A stretch of 64,000 bases of DNA from Octopus sinensis (lineage: Eukaryota). Location of the stretch: positions 558,001 through 622,000 of the forward strand of contig NC_043001.1 of NCBI RefSeq assembly GCF_006345805.1, in the 5' to 3' direction. The first letter of the stretch is position 1, and each line of letters opens with the position of its first letter. Made by a program: the position numbers and the translations under genes. The notes beneath the pieces were generated by a model. It searched no databases, had not been told where the DNA came from, and saw only the letters and a program-made list of their open reading frames with translations. This document shows positions 52,740 through 64,000 of this stretch, piece by piece.

Positions 52740-53640
52740 TTCACAATGGAATTGGCTGATAGTTGGCTCCATCTTATGTGTAACAGCAGCAATTCCACAT
52801 AATTCCACAAGTTAGCTGAATTAGTGCAAGCAAAATGGTTTTGTCTTTCTGTGTACATTTTGGACAGTCCTTTCTAATAGCATTTCTATGTTTGCAGAAT
52901 TTGTCTTGAGTCATTTGTGTCTCTTATTAGCATTGCCAAGATTTAGGATTTCTGGGAGTTATCCATGAAAGCTAGTTTGTTTTTAACATATAAAGTTTCC
53001 CCAAGAATGACATTGCTCCTTCACACCTCATGCCCACTCTATATTGCTTGACTGGTAGAATTTAGTCGAGTACCTGATGATATTCAAGATGCCAGCTTAG
53101 TTATTTCCTAGTCTGGGACTGCAGCTCCATCAAAGGGATGTGTTACTGAAAGATGTGCTTGACAATTAGGAACTACATCTTCACGTCAAACAGCCACTGC
53201 ATGCTGAGCTCACTGGTAGATGTTCTTGGACAACACATGGATCACTAGACCATTGGAGTGTATCTCATCTACAGCAAGCAAAGCATGTGTTAATAATAGC
53301 TAGTAGTACCCATAAAAATCCCATGGTTTTCTTGAAAATTGTAAGGTGGAATTGTATATTTTCTGAAATATTTGATTCCTGAGATGGTGTACAAATTCTC
53401 CTAGATAGTATTGAAGATAATTTCAATCTATTGTTTTTCACTTTATTCAAAGAAGTAAACAATCTTAACTACGGGACAAAATCAAAGACTATACCTATAA
53501 TACCAAGAAACTCAGAATTTGGTGCCTGTTATATTAGACCTGTTTTTAGATAATTTTTTGTCGCTAATTCTAAACATGTCATTAGTTTTTCTACATCAGC
53601 TCTGGTTATTGAAATTTGTTATATCCATAACTGTTATGCA
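52740..53640 (-). mobile_element. Putative DIRS/Ngaro-like (tyrosine-recombinase retrotransposon) RT-RNase H remnant
   Basis: NYLKT..QAPNSEFLGI..FD..LRLF..NKVK..LSSIL resembles the DIRS NxxKS..PxQxIEFLG..D pattern; further on, QAI..KNKLAFMDN and LWNY..LLLHI resemble the DIRS RNase H. Manual comparison only. Confidence 0.5.
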
Positions 53641-54619
53641 TACAACCTGAACTGACGACTACAAATCATTATTGTTGCCTTTTGGATAAAAAAAAAATGG
53701 CTTCATACAAGATTTATGACTAAATTGAATCAGATAAGAATGAAACAAGCATAGAAAGTTACAGGTGATACCATGTTCATTTACTCAATCATCTCATGAA
53801 AGTAATGTTTCAGTGTCATTCAGTGGTGTGAATAAACCTAGAATTGGTCTAAAATCTTAGGCACAAAAAGACTTTTACAAGTTTGTCCCCCAGTGTGATA
53901 TCATTTTGATATTGTATGTTGGTAAAGTTTAAACAAATCTTAATGCTTTATTTGAAAAACTATAAAAATTCAGTGCTTCAAACTGTTTCATTCTTTCTTT
54001 TGTTAGCTGTTAGCTATCATTATCTGTATTCTATGTTTAATTGCACCAAAGCACAGATGTTGAGTATTGGACAATTTAAAAATAAAAAAAGTATTGAAAA
54101 CATTACACTTTTACCTCTCCACCCAACATCTCCATTAACCAATATCTCAGCTGATGCTAGCACAACTGCACTTATTAGTAAGAAGGCTTAGTTCTTTTAT
54201 CATCAAAACTAATTTCATTTCATGCCCATTTACCTGACCAATGGACTGTCCAACTGACTAACATAATGAGGGGTTTATTTAGGCCATGTAAAAACACTGA
54301 TAATAAATTCCAACAAAATTCCAACAAACTCAGTTCCCCATTAAGAGTGATGACTGCTTAGAACCATCTCAGACAAATGTTACAAAAACTCAATCATCAT
54401 GAGAGCTAAGGGTGAGCACCCTTCCTTATCAGGCACATGCTCGGATTGGGTCAGTTCACTACCCTTACTCATCTTTTAAGAAATTTTCTTGGGAGCTGCA
54501 ACATGCTTTCCACTGTCATCTTCTTTTCCAAATGAAATTAAGGATTTGTTTTTCACAAAAGCAATGCTATGAAGGACACGTTACAAAGATAATAAGTGGA
54601 GTTTACATAAAATAAAATG

Positions 54620-55650
54620 AAGAGAGGGAAAAAAGAAAGTACCCACCGCGTTTGAGAAGTAGGTATGTAACACCATCGAGACCAGGAGAGGCATAATTGC
54701 ATTTATTTTTAAGGTGGCGTTGCAGCATTGCTGGTGTAAATTGCATAGTAGATATAGAGTCCGGTGTCAGTGGTGATGAAGATGGAACATTTTGGTCTTC
54801 GACAGTAAAGATGCCGGCATAGCATCCAGCAATGATTTCTGCACATTCTTCGGGATTGCCAGTAATCTGTCCTGTGTGGGGATTGCGAAGGGGACCAACT
54901 GGAGAGTGGGGTCTCTGCTTTGAGTGCACATACTTCCAGAACACTTTGCTGTCAGGGTTAGCTGCAATGTGTTGTTCAAATTCAAGCACTGCCTTTTTTG
55001 TCACCTGCTTGAGGTGGTTGGCTGGCCTATTGCGCTTTTTCCTGTTGCTCTCTGATTTGTGCAATTTGTATTCCTGTTCAGCATTACGGCGTTCTTTCCT
55101 GGCAAGTTGGACTGCTGCAGTCTCCCAAATTGCACTATTGGGTGGTTTTTTGTGCTTGCGTGGTACTGATGCTGCATATGCTGCCCATATTGAATTCAGA
55201 ATGTTCTGGAGTATAGTGTCCACATCTCCAGAGGCATAAAATTCGAGCCAGTTTGGGCGTTGCAGCTCAGTACAATAAGAGCTCCAGTTTGCTTTATTCC
55301 AGTCAAAGCGGGAAGTCTGTGTTTTTTGTTACAACCAATCAGAGACAAGTCGGCCATGATCATGGAATGATCAGAGTCACCTAAAGGTTCTTCAGTAGTG
55401 ACACTAATGATTGCTTCAGGAGAAGCGGTAAGTAGCAGATCCAAAGTGTTGTTACCCTTTGTGGGGGAGGTAACAACTTGGGACCAATTTGAATTCAGCA
55501 CCAGTTCAAGGAAATCGTCTACACTTTGTGGCCAATGGAAGGCCTCCCAGTCAATCTCAGGGAAATTGAAGTCGCCCGCAATATACACATACGTGGCTGT
55601 TTTCATGGCAGCAGCTCTGAGGATATCAAAAAGCTGTGCGTCTTCTATAT
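54620..55650 (-). mobile_element. CR1-clade LINE ORF2 N-terminal fragment (APE C-half + linker to RT start)
   Basis: YIAGDFNFPEIDW; QVVTSPTKGNNTLDLLLT; PLGDSDH; DWNKANW; KVFWKYV; ASPGLDGV. One frameshift near 55320. Confidence 0.88.
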
Positions 55651-55659
55651 AATTACTGT

Positions 55660-56750
55660 GTGGAAGTTTTAAAAGGGAAAATGGAAAACAATGAAATTCA
55701 TATTCATCATTTAATGCTCTTTTATATCCAGAAAGGCAAAAAATGCTGTCCAAACAGCAAAAAAAAAAAAAGATATGTGCTGTTTTTAGAGATGGTGCCA
55801 TAAGTGGTTTATTAGATTTAGGAGTGAAAATTTTGATATGGAAGACTGTGAATATTCTGGCAGGTCTAGAGTTGTTGATGATGACCAAATGCAAACACTA
55901 ATCAAAATAACCCAGGTCACACAACATAAGACATTTCAGAGAGACTCTACATATCACATCTGAGTGTTCTAAGGCATTTAAAAAACACTTGGTTATGTGA
56001 GTTGCTATAAAGTCTGGGAACCACATAATTTAACAGTAAAGATATGATTGCATTCATGTCTGTGATTCTCTGCTTGAGCGCAACAACAATGTCCCATTTT
56101 TGAAAAGAAGGATTACAAAATCGTTGAGAAATAGATTGTTTACAACAAAGTGCAATGAAAAAAGTCCTGGAGAAAAGTAAATAAATCATCTTTAATCACT
56201 GCAAAAGTTGGTCAGTATCCAAAGAATGTGATACTCTGGTGGGATTGCAAGGGCACTGTATATTATGTGCTCCTTCTGCAAAATCAGGCACTGGATTCAC
56301 ACAATAATTTCCAATTAGACTAATTAAAAGAGGCAATCAATGCAAAATGACCAGAATTGGCTAATCAGAAGGGTATTTTTTGCCTTCAGGACAATGTTAG
56401 ATCTCATGTTTCCTAGCAGATCCTGCAGAAATTGATACAACTTGGCTGGGATGTTCCACTACACTCACCATATTCATGTGACCTTGCACCTGTGACCTTG
56501 TTATTTCATTCCTTACAAAATTCTCTTAATAGAAAGAACTTCAATTATTTAGAAGACTTCCAAAACCACTTAGACTAGTTCATTACTCAAAAAGAGGCCA
56601 AGTTCTGGGAGGATGTGACCATGAAGCTGGCTCAAAGCTGATGAAAGTAGTGGAACAAAATGGGACAAATAGTTGAATAAAGGTATGTATAAATATCTAA
56701 ATACTGCTTCTTGAATTTGAGACAGTACCAGCTTTTGTTCAAACCCAATA
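55660..56750 (+). mobile_element. Degenerate mariner transposase with right TIR end; left TIR missing
   Basis: MENNEIHIHHLMLF..KGKN; SGRSRVVDDDQ; WEPHNL (WVPHEL-like); QDNVRSH; HSPYSCDLAP (YSPDLAP); ends ...caaacccaaTA at 56750. Confidence 0.88.
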
Positions 56751-57245
56751 TTCTATTCGTTGCTAAATAATTATAGAATATTCTGACTCTGGTAACTGCA
56801 CACTGCCAAAGCAATTATAAAAGTAAAAAGAAAAGTGCTTGAAAGACTCTTACCAGTGATAAATGGAATGATTTTGGTAGTGCTACCAAGATTAGATGAG
56901 GAGAAACCATTCACACTCCAAGAAGAATAAATTCACCTGCAAAAGTCAGAGAAAAAGAAAAAGGAATGAAAAATATCTTTCAAAAAAATTGCTTTTGATT
57001 TTAAATTAGCAAAGGCTTAAATTAGCAAAGTCTTAACCCACTTGCAGGAATAAATGGGAATTTAATGGAACTAAAAACAGTCAGTATCCAAATTCTTAAG
57101 ACTAAGATAATAATTAGTCCTAATTAAAAACTATCTCATAGTAATTATTGTTTTATAAACTTCACGTGAACCTTCATTAAGCAAACCTATTATCCAAAGC
57201 ATTATAACCACCTTCCATGTTTTTCCCAATGTCTCCTTTGATTAA

Positions 57246-57460
57246 GGCGGCGAGCTGGCAGAAATGTTAGCTCGCCGGGTGAAATGCTTAGTGGTATTTC
57301 ATCTGTCTTTACAGTCTGAGTTCAAATTCCGCTAAGGTCAACTTTGTCTTTCATCCTTTTGGGGTCAATAAATTAAGTACCAGTTTCGTACTGGGGTCGA
57401 TCTAATTGACTGCCCCGCCTTCTCCATAATTTCGGGCCTTGTGCCTACAGCAGAAAAAAA
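57246..57460 (+). mobile_element. S2-family tRNA-derived SINE, cleanest copy
   Basis: A-box-like tggcagaaatgttag, B-box gagttcaaattcc, central ctttcatccttttggggtcaataaattaagtaccag, A tail. Confidence 0.85.
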
Positions 57461-58709
57461 ATGCTTCCTTTGTTAATTGAGATTGTGGTGTCAGATTTTA
57501 GTTAGATTTGGCTGTTGTTTTAGCAGGTAGAGCAGCCCTATGGTAGCTCCTTTGTGGTTCTTAAAAGGTATGTGTTACTACAGTGATATGTATAAATAAA
57601 ACCATTCTGTGTTCTTTAAGTTGTTTTAGTCTTCATGGTTAAAGCTATGATTTGGTTTTAGAGAAAAATTTTTTTGTCTTTTTCTTGTAGGAACTACACA
57701 ACTTCTTGGTTTCAGTTTTATGTTTTGTTATAAAATTTTAAATATGAAATAGTGGAAGCAAATAAAAAAAAAGAATTTTCTTCATTTCAATTAATCTAAA
57801 ATATCAAATCTAACCACTGTACTCTGACTGCATCTACCTTGTCTATCATGGCTTTGTCAAAATCTACGTGCTTACAAGTCACTGAAGCTGCTAGAAATAG
57901 CAACCAAATCTTTCTCAGATTATACCCTGACCTGGAGTTAAACAATAACAACATGGATACAAGAAAAGCCTGAAAGGTAGATAAAATACCAGGCTACATT
58001 AGTAAACTGCATTCCTTAAGAATTCACCACTGTATGTTGCAATGTGTAGAGTGGTTGCCAGGTAGTCCAAGGCTTTCTGAAGCTTGTGTTTGTACTATGT
58101 CTGTGTTGTAGATTTGTTCAGTCAGAGTTACACCGACTCTTTAAAACGATCTTTTATTGGTTTGGTTTGCGAGGAGAAGCTGTGCTGATGGCTTTTGCCA
58201 GCTCTCCATCATTGGTGAGATTGATGCTCCTAATGTTTCTCTTAAGTATTCAAAGATGTTCTGCCTAACACTACAATAATGGTTACTAAGATTCAGCATA
58301 AAAGTCTGCTTTCTGTAACATTATAACTGTTTTATGAACTACAGCACCACAGGTCTCTGAGCTCTTTTTTTTCTGTAAGACCCTTCCTTATGGGGGGTAT
58401 TGGTGTGTTTGATACTTAACTTGAAGATTTATCAATGCAGGAAGAGAAAGAGGATTTCAGAGGAATGCAGTTCACGGAAGGTAAAATTGGGTAAAATGTT
58501 TATATTGAGTTTGTGAGAATGGATAAGATACAATATGGATGATAAGTAGAATAAAGATAAGTGGGAAGAATGACAGTTGATGGAGAAGGTTTGCAGTTAG
58601 TTAAATGGTGGAGAGCAAAAGTCATTGTAGTAATAAGAGAAGAGAAAGGAAAAACAAAAGGTGAGTGAAAGATTATTGAGTAATTGTGACTGACTTTTGT
58701 CAATCAGCT

Positions 58710-60220
58710 AAAGGGTCTCCTTTCAGATGTCATCTCTAGCGTAGTGTTGTATGATGTTTGTGTATGAATGGCTATACTCTATGGTTGTGAGACATGGGAT
58801 CTGAATGCAGAAGACATGTATAGACTGGAGAGGAATGAAGCTAGTATGCTCTGCTAGATGTGCAGCATCAATGTGCAAATGTGTTGAGAGAAGAGTTGGG
58901 CATAAGAGAAATCAAATGCAGCATGCAAAAGAGGAGACTATGTTGGTTTGGACATGTGATGCTTATGAATGAAGACATCTTTATTAAAAAACACCAGTCA
59001 TTGAAAGTGGATGGTACTTGTGGAAGAAGGAGACCCAGGAAGACAGAGGATGAAGTGGTGAGGACCAGTCACAGGACATTAGGGCTTGTGGAGGAAATGA
59101 CAATGGACCAAAATGTCTGGTGATATGAGGTTCTAGAGAAGACCCTCCCACTTCAAAGAACCTGAGTTCCAGAAGTGTTGGTTCCACCCCACATGTAACA
59201 ATAAGATTTTCACACACCCTACCCTAACAAACCAAACTGCATCTCTTCTCTTCCTCACATTTCCTCTTCATACACTATGACTATCTCCCACTCCCCAACC
59301 CTGTCCTCACTACTCTGATCACTGTATCATTGCTTTCCCCACCCCCTCTATATACCCAGGTTCTCACCAGTCATAGCATTCCCCACTCCTACTCCCTACA
59401 TGTACCTCTTGGCAATTCCCTACCACGTATATTACGACCTCCATACCTTGAGGCTATGCCTTGGCACCTGCCACCCTTTATCTCCCCCTTCCTAATTCTA
59501 CCATCACATCTATGCTCTGATCCCCTTTCCTTATGAGTATACCTTGGCACTTCACCACCATCTCTCTCCTGCTCTCTCTTGCACTCTTGCTGTCTCCCAC
59601 TCTCTCTCTCTCTCTCTCTCCTTTGCTCTTCTCTCTGGCTGGGTAACCATGTCTCTCCTCTACAGCAGCACACCTGTTTCTGCCCTCATTCTTGATCTCT
59701 CTCTCTCTCCCGCCTTCTCTTGCTCTCCCCTCTGGCTAAGTAACCAAGTGTCTCCTTTACAACAACACACCTTTTTCTGTCCTCTTTCTTCTTAACTCTC
59801 TCTCCCCCTTCCCACCCTCTCTCTCTCTTTCTCACTCTCTCTTTCTCTCTCTCTCTCTCCTCCTCTCCCCTTCTTTCTCTGTCTCAGGCTGGGTAACCAT
59901 GTACCCCCTCTACGGCAAGACATCTGTTTTTGTCTCTCTGTTACACTCGAACCTTTCATTTGACACAAGATCACCTCTGCCAATGCCCCCACCCTCTCAA
60001 AGATCCCTTCTCTTGCAAAGTTACTTAGTGACCCTGTCAGTGCAGGGGCCACTTAAAAAGCGTCCAGTCCACACTACAAAGTAGTTGGTGTTCAGAAGGG
60101 CAACCAGCTGTAAAAACCATGCCAAAACAGACACACAAAGTATGGTGCAGCCTTCAGCCTGACCAGCCCTTGCCAGCATGGAAGGAGGACGTTAAATGAT
60201 GTTGATGATAATGATGATGG
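58710..60220 (+). mobile_element. Old RTE LINE 3' part (thumb + pyrimidine-rich UTR + (GAT)n tail)
   Basis: LYGCETW; RRLCWFGHV; RRRPRKT (ORF 58860..59123); three ggctgggtaaccatg..cctctac..cacctgtttctg units at about 59637, 59733 and 59887; tail at about 60200-60220. Confidence 0.7.
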
Positions 60221-60812
60221 GCGGAAAGCAGAATAGGTAGTGTCAATCCAAATACCTTGTGGTGTTTTGTTAAATCCCTTTATGCTGAGTTCAAATTTCC
60301 CCCAAATTTAATTTTTCTTCTGTTTGAGGCCCATGAAATACCAGGATATAACAAAAAAGTGTTGGGTTTGATATAATCACCTGCACTTCGGAACGTGATG
60401 CCCCAGAATAGTCAAAACCAAATTATTACAACTGAGCAGAAGAACAAAAGAATAAATAGCTAATGAGATAATCACTGAATGAATGAGAAAATAGAGGTTG
60501 TCTTTGATTTTACATTATTGAATGTCTGATGAATCAATTAAGAAGATAAAATGAATATAGTGTAGAAGTATATGAGTAGAAAATGTTGTTGTTGAGAGGA
60601 GCTTTGATGAAAAAGGTTTCAACCATGTTCATTCCGTCTTTCATTTGTAAAACATTTTGTATATTGGATTACATTGTTGAATAAAACTTTTCTTTGTTTA
60701 AGACAGTTAGGTGCAAACATAGTTCACTTGATAACCATGTGATTTGGAGTTCAGTCTCACTGTTTGGCATCTTGGGCAAGTGTACACACAAACACACACA
60801 CATATACATATT

Positions 60813-61410
60813 AAGAAAGAATACTGGAACGTCTCACTGAAAAACCTCAATAAAATGTAAGCATAACACACCTGACATAATGATTTGGGACAGAAAAGAG
60901 AAACTGGTGGAAATTTGTTGCTCAGTAGATGCTAACATAAAGCTAAAGATTAGAGGAAAAGAAAATATCTATGTTGAACTATTAGGAAAACTACAGTTAT
61001 TCAACCCAAATTACAAGTTCAGGTTTATACCTGTAATTATTGGGGCAGTGGGATATGTAAAACACTGCCTAAGTACCAATCTTGAGAAATTAGAAAGGCG
61101 AAAGCTGATTTGAAGAAAATAGATCCAAGCCATCACTGGAACTGTAAATATCTGTAAAGCTTTCTTGAAGTTTATTATTTAAGTATATGTGTGCACATCT
61201 AGATATGCAACTATATGCATGATAATGCATACATAAAACAAAGCATACAAATTTGTATATGCACTGACTCCAAATACTGCATATATACACACATACATGC
61301 AAAAATACTGTGTTGATGTTGAAATTTCAATGAAGGAGCCTCGGGTGTATGTTAGAAACCAACACTTTCTCTATTAGTAAAAAATCTTCATGAAATAAAA
61401 CTTAATAATG
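60813..61410 (+). mobile_element. RLE-LINE 3' fragment, copy 1 (degenerate)
   Basis: IWDRKEKLVEICCSVDANIKLK..YKFRFIPVIIGAVG; UTR shared with copy 2. Confidence 0.8.
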
Positions 61411-61429
61411 TCATATGTACATACATTAG

Positions 61430-61479
61430 ATACACACATTAGCTACATACATGCATACATACATACATACATACATACA

Positions 61480-61510
<31 letters not shown>

Positions 61511-61575
61511 GTATGTACGTACATACAAGCATGCATGCATACATGCATACATACATACAGACAAACAGACAGACA
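61430..61575. repeat. (TACA)n microsatellite
   Basis: Direct read. Another (TATG)n run at about 31765-31810. Confidence 0.95.
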
Positions 61576-61576
61576 G

Positions 61577-62216
61577 GCATAGAAGCCATAGCCACTCATA
61601 ATAAAAAGGAATACTGGTGGAATGTACCAGTAAAGACCTCAATAAAATGTAAGCATAACAGACCTGATATAATGATTTGGGACAGAGAAGAGAAACTGTG
61701 CACAGTTGTGGAAATTAGCTGCCCAGCGGATGTTAACATAAAGCTGAAGATCAGTGAAAAAGAGAACATCAATGCTGAATTATTGAGAAACCTGCAGTTA
61801 TTCTATCTAGATTACAAGTTCAGGTTTATACCTGTAATTACTAGGGCCTTGGGATATGTAACACACTGCCTAAATATCAATCTTGAAAAATTAGGTTTCT
61901 CGAAACCAGAAAGGAGAAAGCTAATTCAAAAACTACAGATCCAGTCCATCACTGGAACTGTAAAAATCTGTAAAACTTACCAGAAGTTTATCATTTAAAT
62001 ATATATGAGCATATCTAGATACACAACTATATGCATGAGAATGCATACATAAAACATACAAATTCTGCACATACATACATACTTACATACATACAAACAA
62101 ACAAACAAAAATACCCTGTTGTTGATGTTGGAATCCCTATGAAGGAGCCTTGGGTCTAGGTTAGAAACTGGCTCTTTCTCTGTAGACAAAAAGTCTTGAA
62201 ATAAAACTGAATAATG
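61577..62216 (+). mobile_element. RLE-LINE 3' fragment, copy 2 (endonuclease domain still open)
   Basis: HNRPDIMIWD..VVEISCP..K..K..LLRNLQ..FIPVI..LG (PD-(D/E)xK) ending in a stop at 61998. Confidence 0.85.
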
Positions 62217-63344
62217 ACATACATGCATATATTACATTCATACGTATACATGTGTTTTTGTGTCTGGAAGTGTATATATCTGCCTGTTTGTCTGCTTATT
62301 TCTCTTTATTTTTGCAGTAGTGTCTTTCCTAATGTCTATCATTTTTTTTTTAGGAAAAATGAAGTAGAAAATGATTCAGCTCATTTTTGTCATTTAAAAT
62401 TTATCGTAAGTAAATTATATTATGTTTAGGGCATTCTATAATATGTAATGTATATAATATTATAATTGTTTGTAGTAAATTCTATAATTTATATATAATT
62501 CAATAAGAAAGAGCAACATTCAATGTAAATACTTGGTTGGATGTCTTCAGATCACAACCTTTTGATTTGGAAAAGAAATGACAGTGAATATTAAATAATG
62601 TAGTCCTAGCTACACTATGCTATGCTTAGTGGGTAAAAAAGGACGAGATGGTCACACTTTAGAATGGTCTGCTTAATCTGAGCTGAGCAGGAACTTAAAC
62701 AAACCAGTTGAAAAATAGTGTGGCAAAAATACAACAAAAGCAAGAAACAAAGAATTCTTAAAAGTTTAGGAAAGTGGAGAAAGTATTTCTATCTTTTTTA
62801 CTGGCTGCTCATATTTATTGCAGATAATTATTTTCAACCTCCTTTGATTTGAATGTCTACTTGTTTATAGTGTTTGATTTTGTTGCACAGAAATCAATGT
62901 TTACCTCAATGAAAACGTATTACAAGTTGATAGTGCTCAGAATTTTACATTCAAGCCCTAAGAAGATGAAAGTAATGGACAAGTGTTATCAGATAAATGA
63001 TAATGGAATATTGACTGACAATGAACAAACACTATCAGATAAATGATATGAGATATTAACAAACAAATAAGGAGCAAAGTGATGGAGATTATAGACATTA
63101 AGAAAAAAAATAATCTAACAATGAAGTTTATCAGACAAATAATGATAAATAAATCCTTTTATGGCCTAGATGAGGATGGGTCTGTGAGATTAGTGACGGA
63201 AATGGAGGGAAAACTCATTGATTGCAGTAGGAAATGGCCCATCAGACTTGCTTTCAGAGACGGTTTTGCAGAGGCAAAACCTGCTCTGAAAGCTTGCAAC
63301 AAAATAGATTCTACTTGTATAATTTAAGGACCCACCAGGCCGAG

Positions 63345-63647
63345 CAAAATTACAGCTGTGGCAGATACTGGTGTCATGCAAATTGGAACCTGTACCTTGT
63401 GCTAGTGGTACACAAATGTACCCCAGTGTCACACAAATGACATCCATGCCAGTGGCATGTAAAAGCACCCATTACACTCTTGGAGTGGTTGGTGTTAGGA
63501 ATGACATCCAGCCATAGAAAACTATGCCAAATCAGACTGGAGTCTGGTGCAGCCTCCTGGCTTGCCAGTCCTCAGTCAAGCCACCCAACCCATGCCAGTA
63601 TGGACAATGGACATTAAATGATGATGATGATGATGATGATGATGATG
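63345..63647 (+). mobile_element. RTE 3' UTR and (GAT)n tail
   Basis: gccagtggcatgtaaaagcaccc..ccaacccatgccagtatgga..(gat)n. Confidence 0.85.
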
Positions 63648-63709
63648 GTGCCAAAGCTAGCAATGGATTAAATCTTCTGCCCTGAGCAAGTATTATTGTA
63701 TTCTTTTAT

Positions 63710-64000
63710 CCTTTTCTTGTTTTATTCATTAGACTGTGGCCATGCTGGGGCACCAACTTTAGTTGAATGAATCAACTCCAATATTTTTTTTATGTCTATT
63801 TCTTACTCTGTCATTCCTTTTGCTGAACTGCTAAGTTATTGGGATGTAAACACACCAACGCTGGTTATCAAATTATAGTGGGGGACAAACACAAACACAC
63901 ACACACAACGGGCTTCTTTCAGTTTCTGTCTACCAAATCCATTCACAAGGCTTTGGTAGGTCTGAAGCTATAGCAGACGACATTTGCCTGTAGTGCCTTG
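63710..64000 (-). mobile_element. S1 SINE, running off the window edge
   Basis: actgtggccatgctggggcac..gggggacaaacac..acgggcttctttcagtttc.gtctaccaaatcca.tcacaaggctttgg. Confidence 0.8.

Noticed and set aside
53265-53325. MGFLWVLLAIINTCFAC as the signal-peptide exon
   Set aside because: The only phase-1 donor (gtagat) is poor, and the segment sits in frame within the DIRS-like remnant.
55196-55894. 232-aa ORF as a novel protein
   Set aside because: It is a chimera of antisense mariner sequence and a CR1 endonuclease frame across a junction.
57246-57335. tRNA gene
   Set aside because: It has A/B boxes but no complete cloverleaf and continues into a SINE body and tail; it is a SINE head.

Overview
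AT-rich, microsatellite-dense eukaryotic DNA. The SINE, RTE and microsatellite landscape looks like an octopus (cephalopod) genome; this is inference from remembered repeat families, not a database result. The only host gene I can support is on the minus strand: five splice-phase-consistent exons (37393-37202, 35719-35597, 30835-30524, 19527-19419, 3768-3617) that join into Ig domains 1-3 of a Kirre/NEPH/SYG-1-type cell-adhesion protein. There is one tentative upstream exon (48839-48663). The signal-peptide exon and the rest of the gene were not found and probably lie outside the window. The introns and upstream region are filled with decayed mobile elements: RTE, Tx1, R4/Dong-like and CR1 LINEs, a DIRS-like remnant, mariner relics, a Helitron nested in a mariner, a palindromic MITE and about three SINE-like families. 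Most short ORFs in the track are microsatellite artefacts. The most interesting observations are (1) a PHD-type C4HC3 finger inside the reverse transcriptase of two RTE copies, (2) LINEs bracketed by specific microsatellites (TCTA, TAA, TACA), and (3) several long, near-perfect inverted repeats in the gene's introns, two with readable template-switch junctions. No prokaryotic features, CRISPR arrays, rRNA or true tRNA genes were seen.
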